Assembly: GCA_964543385.1 (NCBI GenBank) | Contig: CAZIYE010000003.1 | Span: 1-32,000, forward strand | Length of the DNA stretch: 32,000 nucleotides | Source: an uncultured Candidatus Saccharibacteria bacterium | GTDB taxonomy: Bacteria > Patescibacteriota > UBA1384 > XYA2-FULL-43-10 > 1-14-0-10-43-13 | Direction: 5' to 3' | Part shown: positions 25,263 through 32,000 of the stretch, in pieces | Position numbering within the stretch: the first letter of the stretch is position 1 | Layout of the letters: every line of letters begins with the position of its first letter | Translations under genes and position numbers: made by a program | The notes under the pieces: model-generated | Seen by the model: the letters and a program-made list of their open reading frames with translations, nothing else | Databases searched by the model: none | Told to the model about the DNA's origin: nothing

Positions 25263-25278
25263 TCACCCTCCAAAATAT

Positions 25279-26637
25279 TTATGAGAAAACCCGTCTGCCT
25301 TTTTTATCGATATAGAACATATTATTATGGCCGTCGCTTAGAATTTTTCCGACCAAGGCAACACCGTCTTTAAACGGCTGTGCTGTTGTTATTCTCTCGT
25401 CAGATTCAATAATGCTTCCGTCTAATGTGATCAACTCCTGCTCACGTACGGTTGTTTGCAGTGCTCTCCCGTCTGATGTCGTGAAATTAAATTGTTCGCT
25501 AGGGCCACTAACAAATCCTAAACCTTCAGAAAAATCATGTATCACAAATCGCTCTCCTTCTCTCTCCAAGAGTATTTTTCCTGTAATGTCGACTAGGTGG
25601 TAGGAGCATATCTGTGGAGGCCCATTACTAATAGTCTTCTCAAAAAGTAGTAAGCCATCCTTTATTTTGCTATGAATAGGATTTATTTTTCCAAGAGACT
25701 CCGTCTGAAATTCACGAATAATTTTCCCATGAATATCAATAAGAAGGGTTTTCCCGTCCGCTGTTTGCACAAAAGCACGATCTTGGTAAAAATCAGTGGC
25801 ACTCTCGAATCCTTGACCAAGTACACCTTCATTAAGATTTTCGCCTTTTTGATTTATAAAGTACCAAGAATTATTCGATCTATTTTTTCCAAATCGATCG
25901 CAAACTTTAGCAATACCGGTGTTTAGGTCACCCATACCATCTTCGAAGAATTTACTCGGATCTTTTGGTATCCTTTCCCCACTCGGAGCAACATGCCAAG
26001 CGCCAAAATCCGGCGTATGCAGCCCCAGATACCCAGAACCGCTCCAACGATCATCCATAATTCTCCCTATATCGATCGTCCTAATCTCATTTCCTTTGTA
26101 ATCAATCAGATGATATTTTTGTTTCTCCTCTTGCCCATGATAGCGAACAAGCGCCTGGCCAAATTTATATGAATTAGCTTCTCTATAATTTTTATCGTCA
26201 ATTCTTTTTCCATCAACATCGATATAATAATGTCCTTTTTGACCGCCAGAGGCTTCAATTGAAACCAACGCCAATCCTTCAGAGAAGTCCGAAATTTTGC
26301 ATTTCTTGTCATTATCTTCAGAGAAAATGACCTCTCCTTTTTTATTAATCAAAATCTCGGGAGATTCTAGGCCTTCCAGTTTAAAAACGGCTTTTGCTAG
26401 TCCATATTCATTGAACTTTCCGACAAAAGAATAACCTTTTTCTTTGGCGATTCTATCTCGTAGCTCAACTTGGTCGCTGTCTAAAAATTCTAGAAGCTCT
26501 GCAATTTCCGATCTTATCTGTCTTTTTGTTTCCAAAGCAAGATTGAGCGGATTATTTTCGGTGACAACTAAACCAGGCGCGGTTCGAGCGACTTTTTTTA
26601 TAAGATTCGTATAGTTTTCACAAGTTGGTGTAAACAT
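25279..26637 (-). CDS. Family paralog: variant Cys-module (MFTPTCENYTN) + WG-type repeat domain (~452 aa)
   Basis: The ORF track starts at a TTG (26640). The ATG at 26637 is the more likely start and shares its A with the upstream TGA stop (TGATG). Repeats include FSEGLALVSIEASGGQKGHYYIDVDGKRI, FGQALVRYHG..KYHLIDYKGNEI, GIAKVCDRFG...WYFINQKGENL, FSEGLGFV and FKDGVALVGK...MFYIDKKGRRVFS. Confidence 0.8.
   Translation of the reverse strand: MFTPTCENYTNLIKKVARTAPGLVVTENNPLNLALETKRQIRSEIAELLEFLDSDQVELRDRIAKEKGYSFVGKFNEYGLAKAVFKLEGLESPEILINKKGEVIFSEDNDKKCKISDFSEGLALVSIEASGGQKGHYYIDVDGKRIDDKNYREANSYKFGQALVRYHGQEEKQKYHLIDYKGNEIRTIDIGRIMDDRWSGSGYLGLHTPDFGAWHVAPSGERIPKDPSKFFEDGMGDLNTGIAKVCDRFGKNRSNNSWYFINQKGENLNEGVLGQGFESATDFYQDRAFVQTADGKTLLIDIHGKIIREFQTESLGKINPIHSKIKDGLLLFEKTISNGPPQICSYHLVDITGKILLEREGERFVIHDFSEGLGFVSGPSEQFNFTTSDGRALQTTVREQELITLDGSIIESDERITTAQPFKDGVALVGKILSDGHNNMFYIDKKGRRVFS
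26554..26637 (-). repeat. 84-bp near-identical 5'-end repeat, copy 1 (partner at 27876..27959)
   Basis: A base-by-base comparison at an offset of 1322 nt gives 83/84 identical positions; the single difference is c at 26608 versus t at 27930. Identity drops abruptly upstream of 26554/27876. Confidence 0.9.
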
Positions 26638-27959
26638 CAACTAAATACCCTTCTACCTTTTTTATCGATATAGACTGGATGACTAACTCGAAATCCATTC
26701 TTATCTCTTTCTACTGGATCATCATACGTGAATTTGGCTACGCCATTTTTGAAACCTATTTCCAATCGAGTCACAGGCTCTTCAATTTCTGCGAAATTAC
26801 CATAGGTATCAACAAGATAATTTTTGCCCTCATGGGCCATGAAACTCAATCCCTCATGAAAAGGAGAGAAAACTTGTTGGTATTCTCCCTGGATTAGGAC
26901 ATTTCCGTTTAAATCCATGACTGTTCTGCCCTGCGTTGCAAGATTGCCATTTCGGTTGATGAAAGTAATTATCCCTTCGGAATAGGTGTGGCTTGCCTGT
27001 ACAACCGAGCCGAGCTCTGACCTGTGACCTACCTCTTTAATTTTATCGCCTTTTGAATTGATAATCAAAATGTGCCCTTGGACGGTTTCGATAAAGGCCC
27101 TGTCATTATAAAAATTTGAAATAGCACGAAAATTCAATGATAATACCCCTTCATCAAGACGTTTACCGTTTTGGTCAATATAATACCAAGTTTGCCGTTC
27201 ATGATCCGTAACACGTCCGTCCTGGCCCTTACCCAATCGATCACAGACCTTTGCGATACCGTTGTTTAGGTCGCCAGCACCATCCTCAAAATATTTGCTG
27301 GGGTCACTCGGAATTCTTTCGCCATTCGGCGAAATATACCATATCCCAGAACCGCTCTGGTGAACTTTCAAATATCCAGCGTCAGAACCTTCGAAATAGG
27401 CTGCCTCTGGAAGTTCGAATTCCCTGATTTGATTTCCCAATAAATCAATTATGGCATGGTTTTTCTTATTTGTTTCCCCGCGATATCTAACAACTGCTTG
27501 GCCAAATTTATATGGGTGAGCTTCTTGATAAACTTTACCATTTAACCGTTGTCCATCTTCTTTGATATAATAGCTACCATTGGTTGATTCAATAATGGCG
27601 ATTCCGTCAAAGAATTCTTTTATCAAGAAACTGTCTTGTTCACTTGGTAATATCTTTTCCCCACGCGCATTGATCAATACAGATGCCGCCTTAAAATTAG
27701 TATCTAACCTGGCTATCGCTAACCCATGCTTATTGAACTTATCTACAAATTTATAGCCTTTTTCTTTTGCGATCCGATCCCGTAATTCAATCTGATCACC
27801 ATTCATGAATTCAAGACATTGGGCAAGTTCATTTTGTACTTGCTTTTTTGTTTCTATTGCTGATTTGATTGGATGATTTTCGGTGACAACTAAACCAGGC
27901 GCGGTTCGAGCGACTTTTTTTATAAGATTTGTATAGTTTTCACAAGTTGGTGTAAACAT
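26637..27959 (-). CDS. Family paralog: variant Cys-module (MFTPTCENYTN) + WG-type repeat domain (440 aa)
   Basis: The first 28 aa are identical to the neighbour 25279..26637, after which identity falls to roughly 60%. Repeats are FFDGIAIIESTNGSYYIKEDGQRL, FGQAVVRYRG...AIIDLLGNQI, GIAKVCDRLG...WYYIDQNGKRL, FHEGLSFMAHEGKNYLVDTYGNF and FKNGVAKF...VYIDKKGRRVFS. Confidence 0.8.
   Translation of the reverse strand: MFTPTCENYTNLIKKVARTAPGLVVTENHPIKSAIETKKQVQNELAQCLEFMNGDQIELRDRIAKEKGYKFVDKFNKHGLAIARLDTNFKAASVLINARGEKILPSEQDSFLIKEFFDGIAIIESTNGSYYIKEDGQRLNGKVYQEAHPYKFGQAVVRYRGETNKKNHAIIDLLGNQIREFELPEAAYFEGSDAGYLKVHQSGSGIWYISPNGERIPSDPSKYFEDGAGDLNNGIAKVCDRLGKGQDGRVTDHERQTWYYIDQNGKRLDEGVLSLNFRAISNFYNDRAFIETVQGHILIINSKGDKIKEVGHRSELGSVVQASHTYSEGIITFINRNGNLATQGRTVMDLNGNVLIQGEYQQVFSPFHEGLSFMAHEGKNYLVDTYGNFAEIEEPVTRLEIGFKNGVAKFTYDDPVERDKNGFRVSHPVYIDKKGRRVFS
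27876..27959 (-). repeat. 84-bp near-identical 5'-end repeat, copy 2 (partner at 26554..26637)
   Basis: See copy 1. It covers codons 1-28 (MFTPTCENYTNLIKKVARTAPGLVVTEN) of both genes. Confidence 0.9.
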
Positions 27960-27964
27960 AATAT

Positions 27965-28849
27965 CTAAACCTCACTTCCATCGAAAAAATACCAGGCCTT
28001 TTCATGGTAAACGACAACCCCATCTGGATGTGCGCTGAAGGTTATATCCTCAGCGCCAAATTTATCCGTTAAATCAACAAGGACTTTTGTATTGTTTAAA
28101 TAAATTTTTCCGTCACGCTTAATCAAAAAGCCCCTTGGATGACCGCGCCAGCTTGCTTTTTCGCCGGAATATAGGGCTTGGCCAGTATGCAAGCGAATTT
28201 CCAGATTATTCCAGTCCGAGTAGCCAAGCAATACACCTCTTTCTGTCACATCCCAATTCGACAATTCCATTGATACATTTGATATATTACTTTTCTCAAT
28301 CGGGATTGGATTATCTCTGTCGCCATTAAGAAGAAATTCATCTGTATTTTTGTTATAAACGACACAATCGTTGCCAAAGACACGAAAATCAAATTGACCA
28401 TTGCGATCACTAGTAAAAACCCTCTTTCGGCTTGCCCTATTAAACAAATAATCGAAGTCCATATGCGCATCAGTACTTTTATAAAAGAGGCTACTCGCCG
28501 AAGAGATAACTTGGTCTCGAGGTGCCTTAGATCCAAGCCCATGCCACTGTCCAAGCGGATCGACATAACGTATGCTATCACTATCAGAGATCAATATCCC
28601 ATCTTTAAAAGACTGCCAACTACTATACCTATTATTAGATCGAGCTATAACTTCGCCATTAGTATATTTTTTCCATTCACGATAATGGCGTTCAGAAAAA
28701 TGTATCTCTAATAAATCTTCGAGCTCCTGTTTTATCTCTATCGCTTCCTCGACGATTTTGTTTATCGACAAAACATTTTTCATTTCACTATCCGTGTCTT
28801 GCAGGCCCCTCAAAACGTTTGTAAATTTTTGGCAGTCATACCCAATCAT
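27965..28849 (-). CDS. Family paralog: N-terminal Cys-module + unclassified beta-rich domain (294 aa)
   Basis: N-terminus MIGYDCQKFTNVLRGLQDTDSEM (C-Q-x-F-T-N). The body is strand-rich (FDFRVFGNDCVVYNKNTDEFLLNG, GFLIKRDGKIYLNNTKVLVDL, GVVVYHEKAWYFFDGSEV) and lacks the FSEGLA WG signature. The ATGA overlaps the upstream stop. Confidence 0.65.
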   Translation of the reverse strand: MIGYDCQKFTNVLRGLQDTDSEMKNVLSINKIVEEAIEIKQELEDLLEIHFSERHYREWKKYTNGEVIARSNNRYSSWQSFKDGILISDSDSIRYVDPLGQWHGLGSKAPRDQVISSASSLFYKSTDAHMDFDYLFNRASRKRVFTSDRNGQFDFRVFGNDCVVYNKNTDEFLLNGDRDNPIPIEKSNISNVSMELSNWDVTERGVLLGYSDWNNLEIRLHTGQALYSGEKASWRGHPRGFLIKRDGKIYLNNTKVLVDLTDKFGAEDITFSAHPDGVVVYHEKAWYFFDGSEV

Positions 28850-30126
28850 GCGAATACCTTCCTGCCATTCTTATCAATGTAATATGTTGGCTGGCTCCAT
28901 TGATCTTGGACTTTAGCCACGCCGTCGATGAATGGTCTGGCGTCAGCAAAATGCTTTGTACCAAAGGTACCATTTCCTGGGAAAAGCGCTTTGCCAACCT
29001 TGTTTATGTAAATACGGCCGCCATCTGTGTTGTCCTCGTTTACCCCTATATCTTCGGGTAAAACAACGCTTGCCCCTTCGTGAAAATCATCCACCGAAAT
29101 ATAATTCGAAACACTAAAAGCTTCTCTCTCGTCGGTATCAATAAAAATATTCCTTGTAATATCGTTCTCATATTGATCTAGAGAATCTTCTCGGACAAGT
29201 GCCAAACCGTCACTAAAATCGTTCGCATCCGAATAAACTTCTCCTTCAGTGGAAAAGCTGCCAGTATCAGCGTTATATTTCAAGAAATAATGTCCTGTTT
29301 CAGAAATTTGATATCGAGCCATACCATCACGGAGCGGATGAATGTCTGTTACGGCCAATAAATTCAAGTCTGTTATGTTACCTTCTATATCAACAGCAAA
29401 CCAATCATTTGAAAAATCGCAATAAAAAGCGTAGTTTTCACTAAATTGAGTAAACTTTTCAACATTTTCAAGCACTAATTTTTCCTTGCCTGTTTCGTCG
29501 ATAATTCTGTATTTATTATCTTCTTTTCTTGTCCAGGATCGCCCACAAGCAAAATCTGTCGCTAATTCATATTTATCATTCCATTCAGAACCATCAGGAT
29601 TAAGAAAAGTATATGTTTTACTGCCGCCGGGAGCAAAATTCCACACCAGTCTAGGAACGCTTTCACTGACGGAAACATAGTTTTTGGATATTTTTTCACC
29701 TTTCTGATCGACCAAAAAATAGCGATAGGTTCTCTCGGAAGTCATTTCGTCATCGCTAATATCATATTCACCAACAACACAAGTGCCTTTTTGAAATTTA
29801 CCAAATGATGCAATTTGCTGGCCAATATAATCCTTGATCACCTCGCCTGAAGCCGAAACAAGGATATAGTCTTCGCCAGGTTTTCGACCAAAAGCTAATC
29901 CTTCGCTAAAATTTCCTAGCCAGGCAAGACCAAGATTTTTTGCAATTTTATCTCTTACGGTAATTTGATCAGGGTCGATTCTTTCTAGAAGGTGCTCGAC
30001 TTCAGAATTAATTTCCTTGTATTTTCTCCATGCCTCAGCAATATTGCCTTCAGTAAAAATACCTTTGTATTCGGTAAAAAGGATCTTTAGCTGTCGTACC
30101 CCATTTGTCAGTGCATTACAATTCAT
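28846..30126 (-). CDS. Family paralog: N-terminal Cys-module + WG-type repeat domain (426 aa)
   Basis: N-terminus MNCNALTNGVRQLKILFTEY. The linker VRDKIAKNLGLAWLGNFSEGLAFG is followed by FACGRSWTRKEDNKYRIIDETGKE, LRDGMARYQISETGHYFLKY, FSDGLALVRED, FHEGASVVLPE...RIYINKVGKALF and FIDGVAKVQDQWSQPTYYIDKNGRKVFA. Confidence 0.8.
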   Translation of the reverse strand: MNCNALTNGVRQLKILFTEYKGIFTEGNIAEAWRKYKEINSEVEHLLERIDPDQITVRDKIAKNLGLAWLGNFSEGLAFGRKPGEDYILVSASGEVIKDYIGQQIASFGKFQKGTCVVGEYDISDDEMTSERTYRYFLVDQKGEKISKNYVSVSESVPRLVWNFAPGGSKTYTFLNPDGSEWNDKYELATDFACGRSWTRKEDNKYRIIDETGKEKLVLENVEKFTQFSENYAFYCDFSNDWFAVDIEGNITDLNLLAVTDIHPLRDGMARYQISETGHYFLKYNADTGSFSTEGEVYSDANDFSDGLALVREDSLDQYENDITRNIFIDTDEREAFSVSNYISVDDFHEGASVVLPEDIGVNEDNTDGGRIYINKVGKALFPGNGTFGTKHFADARPFIDGVAKVQDQWSQPTYYIDKNGRKVFA

Positions 30127-30138
30127 ACTGTTTCATAC

Positions 30139-31449
30139 TTAGGCAAATACTTTCTGTCCCTTTTTATTAATATAATAAGGCTCACTATCTGGTTGATCTT
30201 GAACGCAGGCCATGCCATCTTGATATGGCCGTGCCTTGTAAAAATGCTTTGCGCCGTCAATCCCTTCGCCAGAGAAGAGCGGCTTTCCTTCAGTATTAAT
30301 ATACGTCCAGCCACCAAAACGATTATCAACATCGTCAAGATCTATCTGTACCGCCGCAGCACCTTCAGAAAAATCAGTAATAGAGAGGTAGGTCTCTAGA
30401 AAAGCTTGCTCCCCAGCCTTGTTGATAAAGTAATACTTAATAGGATTGCCTTCGACGCGAGAACCAACCGCAGCAAAACCACAAGAAAAATCACCGGCCT
30501 CTTCAAAATACTCAGCCTCATCCTCGGATTTGCCTTTGTTCAAATCGTCGAGACCAGCATTCGCTAGTGTCGCATAGCTAAAAAATCTATTGTTTCCCGT
30601 GACATGCTTGTATTCCCTCCTAATTATGCCCTCCGACAGTCTGTGCAAATCCTCACCACCAAACCAATATTGAGGCAACAAATTTCCCTGTTGGTCAAAG
30701 CATTGCCAAAAAGGAGCAAAACCACGTTCTTTGACTTGTACAAACGAATATCCCTCTGAGAATGGTTTAACTTTTAGATATTTACCTTGATGAAGCATGT
30801 TGCCGCTTTCATCAATTAATTTATATGGCCCGTTTTCTTCAATCTGGACCCAGGCTCGGTTATCATTAAAAGAAGTAGCGAAGAAAAATGAATCCTCGCC
30901 ATCTACGATAATTTTTTCTCCATCATGCTTAACAAGCGACCATTTATTTTTCAATGTGTCATTCTTTTTTGCCAAATAAATACCACTATCTGAAAATTCA
31001 ACTTGAGCATACCAGTCTCTGCCTAATTTTCCGCTCGAATCAATAATTGACCACTTGGGAAGCGGACCTCTTATTCCAACATATTGAACCCATGCTAAAC
31101 CATTTTTGAATGGCTTGGCATAAATAGCAGGAATCGTTTCGTCTGAAAAGTGAAGGACAATCTCAGCGTTTTCATTCACCAAACTTACCATTTTTTCGTG
31201 TTGTTCTCTTCCCCAAGCCAAGCCCTCGCTAAATTTATCAAGCCAAGATAAACCAAGTTCTTTAGCAATTCGATCTCTTTTCCTAATCTGATCGGGCTCT
31301 GTTTCTTCAAGTAAATATTCTGATTTTGAATAAATCTCTTTTTTATCATGAAGAGCATCGGCAATTTGCCTGCTATTAAAATAACTCTCAAGAGATTTAA
31401 GAATTTTCCGAATTTCTACTATTCCCTTTGTTATCCCCTCACAATTCAT
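30139..31449 (-). CDS. Family paralog: N-terminal Cys-module + WG-type repeat domain (436 aa)
   Basis: N-terminus MNCEGITKGIVEIRKILKSLESYF. The linker KRDRIAKELGLSWLDKFSEGLAWG is followed by FKNGLAWVQYVG...WSIIDSSGKL, FNDNRAWVQIEENGPYKLIDESGNML, FSEGYSFVQV, FSCGFAAVGSRVEGNPIKYYFINKAGEQAF, FSEGAAAVQI...WTYINTEGKPLF and YQDGMACVQDQPDSEPYYINKKGQKVFA. A GAGGT SD lies upstream. Confidence 0.8.
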   Translation of the reverse strand: MNCEGITKGIVEIRKILKSLESYFNSRQIADALHDKKEIYSKSEYLLEETEPDQIRKRDRIAKELGLSWLDKFSEGLAWGREQHEKMVSLVNENAEIVLHFSDETIPAIYAKPFKNGLAWVQYVGIRGPLPKWSIIDSSGKLGRDWYAQVEFSDSGIYLAKKNDTLKNKWSLVKHDGEKIIVDGEDSFFFATSFNDNRAWVQIEENGPYKLIDESGNMLHQGKYLKVKPFSEGYSFVQVKERGFAPFWQCFDQQGNLLPQYWFGGEDLHRLSEGIIRREYKHVTGNNRFFSYATLANAGLDDLNKGKSEDEAEYFEEAGDFSCGFAAVGSRVEGNPIKYYFINKAGEQAFLETYLSITDFSEGAAAVQIDLDDVDNRFGGWTYINTEGKPLFSGEGIDGAKHFYKARPYQDGMACVQDQPDSEPYYINKKGQKVFA

Positions 31450-31472
31450 ATGATTATTCTACCTCAAGATAT

Positions 31473-32000
31473 TTATTCATGTGCTTTCTTTGAAGACCTA
31501 CTCTCAGAGGATTGGCAACCCAGTAAAACTCCAAAATCGGCCTTGCTCTCCTCTTTTTGACCAATTAAATATTCTGTCAATCTTGGCACTATATGATTAC
31601 CATCAAAGAGAAGTTTGCGTTTTTGCAAAGTACAAATTTTCGCCAAATAATACTCGCGAAGAATTTCATCCTTTATTTTTTGGGTAAAGCTCTCTGCTTG
31701 GACAAGATATTTCATCTGATCCTGACCCGATTCGGCAGATTTTTCGGCCATAAACAAACAAAGTCGTGCCTTATTTCGCTCAAGATGAAGTTCGCCGAGA
31801 ATTCGCTCGAAGAGTGAGTCGTCATTATCTGTTTTTTGTTGGATTTGTTCGATTAAGTTTTTAGCAACCCTAAACTCTGAATAATAGAGTTTTTTGGTGC
31901 CGTCGCGTTGTTCAAATATTTTATTAACAGAGGCAAATATTTCATTGACCATCTCATCGTTTTGCCAATCAAGTGCCAACTCTAATAATTTTTGGTAGTG
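31473..32000 (-). CDS. Hypothetical helical protein, 5'-truncated by the window edge
   Basis: The ORF-track start at 31979 is a TTG. My translation of 31980..32000 in the same frame (HYQKLLE) has no stop, so the reading frame continues off the right edge. The sequence is helical and lacks the family Cys motif in the visible part. TAA stop at 31473, 23 nt before the first visible paralog. Confidence 0.55.
   Translation of the reverse strand, partial: HYQKLLELALDWQNDEMVNEIFASVNKIFEQRDGTKKLYYSEFRVAKNLIEQIQQKTDNDDSLFERILGELHLERNKARLCLFMAEKSAESGQDQMKYLVQAESFTQKIKDEILREYYLAKICTLQKRKLLFDGNHIVPRLTEYLIGQKEESKADFGVLLGCQSSESRSSKKAHE

Noticed and set aside
26594-26600. T7 (coding-strand A7) homopolymer in the conserved 5' block of both MFTPTCENYTN genes as a phase-variation tract
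   Set aside because: The tract is only 7 nt, is the same length in both copies, and is in frame in both. It is too short and unvaried to support slipped-strand switching.
30123-31391. Same-strand out-of-frame ORFs nested in paralog genes (30123..30338 and 31185..31391; similarly 8584..8769, 8995..9222, 10705..10980, 12904..13295, 15641..15832, 17308..17568, 20029..20220, 21612..21872, 26106..26312 and 28246..28581)
   Set aside because: Each is fully contained in a longer ORF with clear domain signatures, in an alternative frame, with no independent SD or motif.
2154-31449. Polymorphic-toxin / immunity-gene array interpretation
   Set aside because: I saw no recognisable toxin catalytic motifs (nuclease, deaminase, ADP-ribosyltransferase or peptidase) in the variable C-domains, no known secretion-associated N-domains (LXG, RHS, PAAR, WXG) and no small interleaved immunity ORFs. 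The architecture is formally similar, so this is not fully excluded.
1-32000. tRNA, rRNA, transposase or integrase genes, or inverted-repeat termini that would mark a mobile island
   Set aside because: I recognised no cloverleaf-like or rRNA-like sequence, no DDE or tyrosine/serine recombinase motifs in any frame, and no flanking repeats. A dedicated scan (tRNAscan-SE, Infernal, ISfinder) would be needed to exclude them formally.

Overview
AT-rich bacterial window that uses the standard genetic code and Shine-Dalgarno sites. All domain calls below rest on motif recognition by eye, not on database searches.

Left edge (1..2126): a divergent pair of an XRE-type HTH regulator and a membrane-anchored single-HKD PLD-family nuclease, a 56-aa zinc-ribbon ORF missing from the ORF track, and an acidic coiled-coil protein.

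The rest (2154..32000) is one uninterrupted minus-strand gene train of 23 ORFs. Gaps range from -4 to 67 nt, and eight junctions are ATGA stop/start overlaps. The core is a 975-aa MoxR/AAA_5-like ATPase and a 1095-aa protein. The latter combines an N-terminal HExxH metallopeptidase-like region, an acidic disordered linker and a C-terminal vWA domain with a DxSxS MIDAS motif.

Eighteen paralogous genes surround this pair, 16 upstream and 2 downstream. One is broken by an in-frame TAG and one is a fusion of two units. All begin with the same ~60-70-aa helical N-terminal module, which carries an invariant Cys and Thr in C-[QEN]-x-[ILVFYA]-T-[KQNL] (most often MNCQEITK). They continue into at least five unrelated C-terminal domain types:
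- WG (KWG-type) repeats (8 genes)
- FwdC/GltB-like GXGXG beta-helix (4 genes)
- WD40-like or beta-rich domains (3 genes)
- two orphan globular domains (1 and 2 genes)

I saw no signal peptides, toxin motifs, mobile-element genes, RNA genes or CRISPR. The candidate undescribed system is the constant-module / variable-domain array coupled to the AAA+/vWA pair. Its function is unknown.
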